Shown one piece after another: positions 50,596 through 58,429 of a stretch of DNA of 64,000 nucleotides (within the stretch, counting starts at the first letter, position 1; every line of letters starts with the position of its first letter). The translations under genes and the position numbers were made by a program. The DNA is taken from IMG/VR virus record IMGVR_UViG_3300043959_000228. The stretch is one strand, 5' to 3'. Source of the DNA: a virus. Taxonomy: Duplodnaviria > Caudoviricetes. The notes under the pieces were generated by a model. It saw only the letters and a list, made by a program, of their open reading frames with translations, ran no database searches and had not been told where the DNA came from.

Positions 50596-51260
50596 CGACG
50601 AACACCCATAAGAGCGACATGGAATTATCATCAGCGCAATGTCAAGAAATGATGACGCTATATCCGATATGGAGTACATATTATCATGATGCGGAGTCAA
50701 CCTCTCAAAGACAACCATTTGGCATAGTCCAACAGGATTACAATCGATTGTTAGAGGATGATCATTATAAGAGGCTACGCATGGCTTACGATCTTATGCT
50801 TGATATTGCACATAATGACGATGTAACCATTGATCACGTAACGGCCATCCATGCGATATTAGCGTATGATGACCACGATACGTCAATCATCGCATCGAAA
50901 CAACAGCAAGCATCTATAGACCTCCTATTACGTCAAACACAGAACGCGTCGCAACAGGATCATCCGTTCTCACACGAACTGCATCTTGCCGGCAGATTAT
51001 TCTTCTACATGATAGCGAATAATCTATACGCGACAAAATCTATTACCACGGCCTATCTCATCACGAATGCTATCATCAAGAAGAGATTAGGTGATCATGC
51101 TAATCTACTCATACCATTTGATCAGCATGATGAAGTCATAACATTCAAGACGTTAATCAGAGATTATTGTGATCATGACTTTGCTGAGGGTATCATATGG
51201 CTGGCCAGTTGGAACTCCTGGCATCAATGGTCTGACTATCGGCATAGTGTCACTGATTGA
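50592..51260 (+). CDS. Fic/Doc-fold-like protein with degenerate active-site motif
   Basis: IHAILA...LFFYMIANNLYATKSITTAYLITNAII aligns with Fic HPFxDGNKRTAxL.N but lacks the catalytic residues. Confidence 0.45.
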   Translation: MTTNTHKSDMELSSAQCQEMMTLYPIWSTYYHDAESTSQRQPFGIVQQDYNRLLEDDHYKRLRMAYDLMLDIAHNDDVTIDHVTAIHAILAYDDHDTSIIASKQQQASIDLLLRQTQNASQQDHPFSHELHLAGRLFFYMIANNLYATKSITTAYLITNAIIKKRLGDHANLLIPFDQHDEVITFKTLIRDYCDHDFAEGIIWLASWNSWHQWSDYRHSVTD

Positions 51261-51276
51261 TAGTTAGCTGATATGA

Positions 51277-51313
51277 AGAAGGCTGCATAGCAATTATTGT
51301 TATGCAGCCTTCT
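51277..51313. terminator. Bidirectional terminator hairpin
   Basis: AGAAGGCTGCATAGCAAT-t-ATTGTTATGCAGCCTTCT between convergent genes. Confidence 0.8.
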
Positions 51314-51328
51314 AATTTTAATGGAATT

Positions 51329-52480
51329 TCAGTTCTGAACAGATTGTGCATGGCTAAGAGCGGCGGAGAACGCTGCGGCCTGTTGTGGACCATTGAACAT
51401 CAGCGTACTAACGAATCCTACAAGATCAGCGCCAGCGTCAAGCATAGACAATGCATCGTCTGGCGTGAAAACGCCTCCAATGCCTTCAATAGCAAATCTC
51501 TTATCGTAAGTATCGCGTATATGTTTTACAGCGGCCATTGCCCTCTCTGAGCAGGGGCTTCCGCTCATGCTACCATCCCATGACGATGGAACATCGTATC
51601 CAGTTCTATCCTCAAGGAGATTGCACGTCGCTAGTCCTTGAACATTATGATCATTCAAGACAGCAATGAGAGGATCAAGTTCCTTCACCTCTAGTGAAGG
51701 CATCTTCACCATGATTGGCTTCCTATGACTACGATCTGAAGGCATAACGTCATCTAATCTTGTGAAAAGCTGATCTAGTGGCCCAGCCTCCTGGAATGGA
51801 TGCCCTACCGTAAGGTTAGGACAGCTAATATTGACCTCGACAACATCAGTCTTAGAGTCCATGTCAAGTTGTACACCACGGGTAAAATCGTCAATCATGG
51901 CGTCAATGTGATCATATGGCTTATTCGTGAATCCTACCGAGGCGTGTCTACGCAAGCCATATTTCGTCTGAATTTGATCTGCTTTGGCTAGAACCTTCTC
52001 GGCTCCGATATTCGGTAGTCCGGCATGAATCAGTAATGACTGATAATCTGGTAATCTGTGAAACCATGGACGGGGATTGCCCTCACAAGGATCGTATGTC
52101 ATAGATCCAAATGATGAGAATCCGAATCCAGCAGCGTCAAGAATCTTTAAGAGTTGTGCATTCTTATCTAATCCAGCTGATAGGCCGAACGGATTCTTGT
52201 ATCGGACACCCATGACTGTTCGCTCAAGATTAGGATCGTCAACACTAATAAGATCATGAAGAAACGTATCAAATACGCCAACATTGCCGAATTTCTCACA
52301 TATGTTCACCGTAAAATCATGAGCCTTATCCGGATCCATATGAAAGATGAATGGCTTACCAATATGAGCATATCCCCACGTCATAAATCGAATGCCGAGT
52401 GGGCTCTTATGATACTCCGACACATACTGGCCGCGTAAATCTGATGCAGACCAAGAACTATTCTCATGATCATTCGTCAT
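51329..52480 (-). CDS. pyrD: Dihydroorotate dehydrogenase (class 2-like)
   Basis: MDPDKAHD, NPFGLSAGLDKN, GNPRPWFHRL, EVNISCPN, GSMSG, GIGGV; start reassigned to MTND. Confidence 0.9.
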   Translation of the reverse strand: MTNDHENSSWSASDLRGQYVSEYHKSPLGIRFMTWGYAHIGKPFIFHMDPDKAHDFTVNICEKFGNVGVFDTFLHDLISVDDPNLERTVMGVRYKNPFGLSAGLDKNAQLLKILDAAGFGFSSFGSMTYDPCEGNPRPWFHRLPDYQSLLIHAGLPNIGAEKVLAKADQIQTKYGLRRHASVGFTNKPYDHIDAMIDDFTRGVQLDMDSKTDVVEVNISCPNLTVGHPFQEAGPLDQLFTRLDDVMPSDRSHRKPIMVKMPSLEVKELDPLIAVLNDHNVQGLATCNLLEDRTGYDVPSSWDGSMSGSPCSERAMAAVKHIRDTYDKRFAIEGIGGVFTPDDALSMLDAGADLVGFVSTLMFNGPQQAAAFSAALSHAQSVQN

Positions 52481-52667
52481 TATTATCAATTCCTCGTTCT
52501 CTCGCATGGTCAATCGGTGTACTTGATCTCATCCATGCCTGGGACCATGCTCTATCTTTCCTATCCTTCGATCGAACCGTATGAAGAATCGTAGTAGTTC
52601 CAATGCCGCCAACAATGCATCCAATACTAAAGGCTACAATAAGTCGTAGTGATGATGTCGTCTTCAT
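52470..52667 (-). CDS. Small single-TM protein upstream of pyrD
   Basis: AGGAGG SD; TM segment. Confidence 0.55.
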   Translation of the reverse strand: MKTTSSLRLIVAFSIGCIVGGIGTTTILHTVRSKDRKDRAWSQAWMRSSTPIDHARERGIDNNDE

Positions 52668-52867
52668 CTATCCATACCTCCTGACAATAGTAGGATATGA
52701 CAATAGCGCCATATCCATATGTCATCTATGATACCGTGGATGGTACTTAATATTGACCTCATGCATCTGGTTCATGATGAGACGGCAATCATCCTCGGCA
52801 TCGTGGTAATATGCAATAATATTCGATGAAACTCATCATATTATATTAGTAACTGTAAGGAGATAAG

Positions 52868-53206
52868 ATGATTCAATCATTGTCCGATCATCGTTTAGAC
52901 TGCGGACGTTCAGGCTCTATCGAGCCTTTTATGAATACCTATTCTAGCGGATCAATAGCTATCACCGTTAAGAAATTCACCGTTGATGGTGATCCTGCCG
53001 GATTAGACATCATCACCTGCAATCCGAGTATACATGATATAGACGTTCCCGACGAAAAGAATACCGTCGCCTTCCCCATCAAACAGAAAGATCTTATTGA
53101 CGTGCTTGCCGATGCGCACATCATTACTCTTACATCTGACGAGTCCCTGACCAACGATGACGGATACGAATATTTCACGGCCACAGTCAATTCACCGTCT
53201 GAGTGA
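52868..53206 (+). CDS. Hypothetical protein
   Basis: AAGGAG SD; 112-aa ORF. Confidence 0.6.
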   Translation: MIQSLSDHRLDCGRSGSIEPFMNTYSSGSIAITVKKFTVDGDPAGLDIITCNPSIHDIDVPDEKNTVAFPIKQKDLIDVLADAHIITLTSDESLTNDDGYEYFTATVNSPSE

Positions 53207-53258
53207 ATATCTACTTATTACGATAATGATTGACGGCAATCATTAAGGAGGTTCCTTT

Positions 53259-53924
53259 ATGGAAGACACAATGACTGCAAGGACACTTGACAGTAAAACC
53301 ATGTCTCGAGTGTTTGGTAAAATGACGATCGCCATGCTGGTCAGTGCAGTGACTGCTGGCATCATGGCGTTCTATGGGCTTACGCTGAATATCTTCGCGA
53401 CGCTGATTGGTTTAATGATCATCGTAGTACTCAATATGGTTCTAGGAACGAAGATCAAAACCATGAATCCCATGGCATTATACGCTATGTTAGGATTCGA
53501 ATCCTTATATATGGGCGCTCTTATAGGTGGCGTCGTCCAACAATACTCATCAGCGGCCGTAATGGTATCATTTATCGTCGCAGCAACATATTTTATCGTG
53601 CTCATGCTCATAGGATTAACGACAAAGAAGGATCTCACCAAAATAGGTACGCTATCTGGCGTAGCTTTAATTGTTCTTATTATTGTTGAAGTCATCATGA
53701 TGTTCTTTAACGTGCCAGTATTATGGATGATTGCATCTGGCATCTCACTCATCATCTTCGCAGGATTGACAGCCTACGATGCTCAGAAACTCAAGCTCAT
53801 CGAGTATGACGGAAGCGTCAGTGCTGAGAACATGACCACCATGATTGCTCTCAACCTGTATCTTGACTTCGTGAATATCTTCATGAACCTTCTACAATTA
53901 CTCGGTGGAGGCAGTCGAAACTAA
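53259..53924 (+). CDS. Bax inhibitor-1/YccA family membrane protein
   Basis: Seven TMs, TKKDLT, IFAGLTAYDAQKLK, ALNLYLDFVNIF. Confidence 0.92.
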   Translation: MEDTMTARTLDSKTMSRVFGKMTIAMLVSAVTAGIMAFYGLTLNIFATLIGLMIIVVLNMVLGTKIKTMNPMALYAMLGFESLYMGALIGGVVQQYSSAAVMVSFIVAATYFIVLMLIGLTTKKDLTKIGTLSGVALIVLIIVEVIMMFFNVPVLWMIASGISLIIFAGLTAYDAQKLKLIEYDGSVSAENMTTMIALNLYLDFVNIFMNLLQLLGGGSRN

Positions 53925-53950
53925 TCGATCCACTGGTGTGGCGTGATACT

Positions 53951-54089
53951 AGATCTCGCATCTTATCCACTAAGACTGATCATCTAGTATAACGTATCAT
54001 CTAAGGGCTTTACCGGCCAGCACCAATATTAATAGGCTCAGAACATGAATAAAGATTCATGTTCTGAGCCTAACTAGATCTAATCGTCT
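53951..54089. repeat. Repeat family B, copy 2
   Basis: Colinear with 18766-18904; bounded by ACTAGATCT at 53948-53956 and 54073-54081. Confidence 0.9.
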
Positions 54090-54116
54090 AATATTTGATG
54101 GCGACCATGGTTCTTT

Positions 54117-55058
54117 TCAATCCTGTGATCGATTCACCACACCAAATGGTATATGCACGCCATAATCAACATCAGTTAGATGGCGTAACTGGTCATCAAA
54201 GAACAAATGTGGATGCAAGACATCAAGGACTGGTTTCTTCTCATGGCCGCCGAGGAAGAAAGCAGAGTCGATGGTCACGCCCCATCGATCAAGTGTTCTC
54301 ATCACGCGTACATCAGCAGGATGACCACGCGAGGTAATCACCGCGATCTTCAATCTTTTATGATAATCTGGATTTGCTTGCCTATAGATGGTCTCAGCGT
54401 CCTGGACTGATGACAACGCCGTCAAGAATGGTGCCAGCGGACCAGGTGTGATCGGCGTATTCGCCTTCTTCGACTCCTGCTGATTGAAGGCCTCTAATCC
54501 GTCATGCTGATACACCGCCTCAGATGCATCATCGCCGATCACACCATCGAAATCGAAGGCCAATCGTATCTCTCCATCAGGAGTATCATGCTGGGTAATA
54601 GATGACGACAAGATATGACCCGCAGCCAATCCAGCCGACAGCGCTTCTTTAACAGCTGATTCATCCATTGACAGGTATAAATCAATGACCATGGCCTGTA
54701 AATATGACGATAAGGACGAGCCACTGGTGAAGATCGTCATTTGAATGGGTAGATGATATTTATTCACACTATTCATCACGCGAAGACCAGTGTCAGGATC
54801 CATATGACTCGTAATAGCCACCTCGACCAGAGGATGATCATCATCAGTTATCGTATTCAATCGTAACATCCTCTCCACGAAAGCAAAGGCGGCTCCTTTC
54901 TTAAAAGGCGTCTTAGCAAATCGTTTCTGACGTTGACGATACGTCGCTAATCCATCACGCTGATAAATTTTAGAGTCCTCCTCTAGATCGAATAGACTCC
55001 GCGTACTAACGCCGATACGAAGAGGACGATGCTCTACTGGTTGTTGTAAATCACTCAT
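54117..55058 (-). CDS. 5'-nucleotidase (cN-I-like HAD family)
   Basis: IGVSTRSLFDL, GAAFAFV, IRLAFDFDGVI, PGPL, FFLGG, PHLFFDDQ, HIPFG. Confidence 0.9.
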   Translation of the reverse strand: MSDLQQPVEHRPLRIGVSTRSLFDLEEDSKIYQRDGLATYRQRQKRFAKTPFKKGAAFAFVERMLRLNTITDDDHPLVEVAITSHMDPDTGLRVMNSVNKYHLPIQMTIFTSGSSLSSYLQAMVIDLYLSMDESAVKEALSAGLAAGHILSSSITQHDTPDGEIRLAFDFDGVIGDDASEAVYQHDGLEAFNQQESKKANTPITPGPLAPFLTALSSVQDAETIYRQANPDYHKRLKIAVITSRGHPADVRVMRTLDRWGVTIDSAFFLGGHEKKPVLDVLHPHLFFDDQLRHLTDVDYGVHIPFGVVNRSQD

Positions 55059-55100
55059 ACGGTATAATATACCTTACGGACAACGATATAGGAGGACATC

Positions 55101-55286
55101 ATGAGAATGAAGACCATGAGGAAGCTGCAGCACCATCCTCCGTTCATGCACACCTGCGATTGTCAGAATCAACCAGAATATCTCATCAAGTTGCCAGCCG
55201 TCCAATCTGATTGCGTCAATGCACACTACTGGGCGAGAGGAGATCATGACGAATGGATCGATATCACGGACGATACCAGTAGATGA
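55101..55286 (+). CDS. Small Cys/His-rich protein
   Basis: AGGAGG SD; 61 aa with HxCxC...CxxxH. Confidence 0.45.
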   Translation: MRMKTMRKLQHHPPFMHTCDCQNQPEYLIKLPAVQSDCVNAHYWARGDHDEWIDITDDTSR

Positions 55287-55317
55287 TCATACTTGTCTTT
55301 GTTAGGACTGGAAAGCT

Positions 55318-55593
55318 ATGCGTTTTGCTAATGTCGACGACCTAAGAGCTGACTCAGAGGCACCAGATCACATTAAGAATGTGATACAAACCACACCGAA
55401 AGCCTTCACCTATCGTCATTTTGCAACCGTCTTTCGCCATGTGGCCAATTTTGGATTCACCCCATTGATCAGCGGCCTCGTGGTATCCTATCTTCCCCTG
55501 TCATATCAGTATCAGTTACCGATATATGCCCTGGCCGTCATTGGATTAGAGGGGTATCAATTCACGATACGAAAAGCTCAAAATCGACCATGA
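55318..55593 (+). CDS. Small membrane protein
   Basis: Two short hydrophobic segments. Confidence 0.5.
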   Translation: MRFANVDDLRADSEAPDHIKNVIQTTPKAFTYRHFATVFRHVANFGFTPLISGLVVSYLPLSYQYQLPIYALAVIGLEGYQFTIRKAQNRP

Positions 55594-55665
55594 TAAGGCT
55601 GATCTAAGTATCACTTCTACGTTATTATGATCACTCATCACATGCTACGGTATTATGTCATTCAA

Positions 55666-55713
55666 GCACAATATAGAAGGTAAAATCATGGTTTCTAACA
55701 CTCTATATAGTGA
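55666..55713 (+). promoter_or_regulatory. Tandem NrdR boxes upstream of nrdD
   Basis: GCACAATATAGAAGGT (55666) and ACACTCTATATAGTGA (55698) resemble acaCwAtATaTwGtgt and are 32 bp apart. Confidence 0.65.
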
Positions 55714-55878
55714 ATATGACATTCTAGTAGCACCCTGATATCTACCCATTGAATGGCATTTTGGCTGTTAGATTGAGTATGCAGATTACTGCTGACTGAG
55801 CACCTAAACAACTTGGCTCTCAGCATAAAGGAACTACCTGGGCCTTAGGATAAGACTCACTGAAGATGAGGAGGATAA

Positions 55879-58386
55879 GTGATGGATCTTGATGTAAAGA
55901 CCGCGTCTCGACCGACGATTGATGACGAGAAAGACACTGCCGAAACGATGAAAGTCGAAAAGAGAGACGGTCGTATTGTTGATTTTGATCTTGATAACGT
56001 CATCACGGCTATTAGCGCCGCGTACAAGGACATCAGCAAGACCATAGGACCAGAGGAGAATCAAACCATCACCGAGGTGGCGAACGCCGTCAGCTCTAAA
56101 GTCTCTTCTCGATACCAACATCTTGTAAAGATCGATGAGATCCAGAATCTCGTCGTTAGGACCCTCCAGCAGGACTTCCACTTATACGATGTGGCACGAT
56201 CATATAATGAATACAAATTCAACAAGGATGAGAAACGAGCCAAGGAGTCTGACGTCAATTACGCCGTTGAACGCCTTATGAAACGCGATAAGAGTCTCGT
56301 CAATGAGAACGCGAACAAGGACAGCAACGTCTACTCCACACAGAGGGATCTGCTGGCCTGCTCCGTGTCGAAGGCCATCGCCCGCAAGATGCTACCAGCT
56401 GACGTCGTCCGAGCCCATGAACGAGGACAGATCCATTATCATGACATGGATTACTCGCCCTTCACCGCTGAGACCAATTGCTCCTTACCGAACTTCAAGG
56501 ATATGCTGGCCAACGGCTTCGAATTGGGCAACGCCGAGATGGAATCGCCAAAATCCATCGAAACAGCGGCCACCCAGCTCGTACAGATCATCTCCGATGT
56601 CGCAGCCAGCCAGTACGGTGGACAGACCGTCAACAGAATTGACGAACTCCTCAGCGTCTACGCCATGATGAACTATCAGAAGAATGCTGATCGAGTACGA
56701 GACATGATTCCAGATGAACTCGATCTAGACATGGCCAAACTCATCGTCAGCAAGAATAAGGCTAAGGAGAATCACGGTCTACACTGTGAGGAGCGCCCAG
56801 CTATCATTGATCACCCATTGAACGGACTATCAGAGGACACCATCGAAGGCCAACGAGACTTACTCACGCAGATCCTCACTCGTAAGAACATTTACGACGC
56901 AATGCAGACCTTCGAGTACGCCACGAATTCTAATAGGAGTACGCAGGGTCAAACACCGTTCGTCACAGCAGGATTCGGTCTCGGAACTGACTGGGCTTCT
57001 AGAGAGATCACCAGAGCCATGTTCCTTGTTAGAATCAGGGGATTAGGCAAGGATCACAGGACGGCCATCTTCCCGAAGCTGACGTACACCATTAAATACG
57101 GTCTTAATTCAGCTCCTGGTGACGCGAACTACGATCTCAAGCAATTAGCCTTAGAGTGCTCAACGAAACGAATGTACCCGGACATTCTCTTCTATGAGAA
57201 CATCAAGAGCGTCACTGGTTCTTTCAAGGCACCCATGGGATGCCGCAGCTTCCTACAAGGGTGGATCAACCCCGAGACCGGAAAGGACGAGGAAGAGGGT
57301 CGTATGAACCTCGGCGTTGTCACCGTCAATCTTCCATACATCGCTCTAGAGTCCAAGGGAGACGTGAAGAAATTCTGGAAGCTCTTTGCTCAGCGTATGG
57401 AGGTCGCTCATCATGCCCTTCAAGCAAGGATCAAGCGATCTAAGGAAGCTCAGCCAATCAACGCTCCTGTCCTCTATAAGTTTGGAGCGTTCGGCCGTTT
57501 GAAGGATGGGGACAGTGTAGACAAGCTCTTTAAGAACAGCAGGTCAACATGTTCCCTTGGATACATCGGTGTCTATGAGGCCGTTAGTGTGTTCTATGGT
57601 AAGGACTGGGTGAACAACTCAGGATGGGATGAGGACGCTAGGGAATTCGGTGTTAGCATCCTCCGCACGATGACTGATCTCTGCCATCAATGGGAAGACG
57701 AGGAGGGTTATCATTACTCTGTATACGGCACGCCTGCAGAATCGTTGACCGATAGATTCCATAAGGCGTTATTGCAAAAGTTCGGTGTTGTGCCAGGCGT
57801 GACCGATCATGACTTCGTGACGAATAGCTTCCATAGGCCAGTATGGCTCAGTGGTGATGGATCATACAAGCCAGGAAAGGATGAGGAGGATGTGCGATTA
57901 AGAGAGCACTTCCAATCGGCTATGAATGGTGGATCGTTCTCCAAGTTAGACTTTGAACACGTCTTCCTGCCATACACTGCCGGTGGCCACATTGTGTACA
58001 CCGAGCAGCCAATGCTCCAGCAGAACATGCAAGCATTAGAATCAGTCTGGGATTATGCTCATACCGTGGGAGTGGACTACTTGGGGACGAATACACCTAT
58101 TGACGAGTGCTTGCTCTGTGGCTATCAGGGCGACTTCCAGCCAACGGATGAAGGATATGAATGCCCAGAATGTGGCAATCATGATCCATCGACGACGTCA
58201 GTAACGAAAAGAACCTGTGGATACCTTGGTAATCCTGTGGCCAGGCCAATGATTAAGGGCCGTCATGAGGAGTTAGCTCATCGTGTGAAGAATGCGAATG
58301 GTATTACCGGTAAGATCACGCTTCCTGATGGAGATGCATCTGAGGATTATGAGGATAGAGCGCTTCCTATTCATAAGGAGGCATGA
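55879..58386 (+). CDS. nrdD: Anaerobic (class III) ribonucleoside-triphosphate reductase
   Basis: ATP cone (VEKRDG), NENANKD, HYHDMDY, NCSL, QYGGQT, PMGCRSFL, YGTPAESL, CLLC...CPEC, glycyl-radical RTCGYLG. Confidence 0.97.
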   Translation: MMDLDVKTASRPTIDDEKDTAETMKVEKRDGRIVDFDLDNVITAISAAYKDISKTIGPEENQTITEVANAVSSKVSSRYQHLVKIDEIQNLVVRTLQQDFHLYDVARSYNEYKFNKDEKRAKESDVNYAVERLMKRDKSLVNENANKDSNVYSTQRDLLACSVSKAIARKMLPADVVRAHERGQIHYHDMDYSPFTAETNCSLPNFKDMLANGFELGNAEMESPKSIETAATQLVQIISDVAASQYGGQTVNRIDELLSVYAMMNYQKNADRVRDMIPDELDLDMAKLIVSKNKAKENHGLHCEERPAIIDHPLNGLSEDTIEGQRDLLTQILTRKNIYDAMQTFEYATNSNRSTQGQTPFVTAGFGLGTDWASREITRAMFLVRIRGLGKDHRTAIFPKLTYTIKYGLNSAPGDANYDLKQLALECSTKRMYPDILFYENIKSVTGSFKAPMGCRSFLQGWINPETGKDEEEGRMNLGVVTVNLPYIALESKGDVKKFWKLFAQRMEVAHHALQARIKRSKEAQPINAPVLYKFGAFGRLKDGDSVDKLFKNSRSTCSLGYIGVYEAVSVFYGKDWVNNSGWDEDAREFGVSILRTMTDLCHQWEDEEGYHYSVYGTPAESLTDRFHKALLQKFGVVPGVTDHDFVTNSFHRPVWLSGDGSYKPGKDEEDVRLREHFQSAMNGGSFSKLDFEHVFLPYTAGGHIVYTEQPMLQQNMQALESVWDYAHTVGVDYLGTNTPIDECLLCGYQGDFQPTDEGYECPECGNHDPSTTSVTKRTCGYLGNPVARPMIKGRHEELAHRVKNANGITGKITLPDGDASEDYEDRALPIHKEA

Positions 58387-58429
58387 TAATCATCTTTTCC
58401 TAGCTTCCATGAAATGATATAATACATAT

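Noticed and set aside
55780-55878. Riboswitch in the nrdD leader
   Set aside because: Only a modest hairpin (GCTGA..GAGC/GCTCTCAGC) is present, with no recognisable aptamer consensus.
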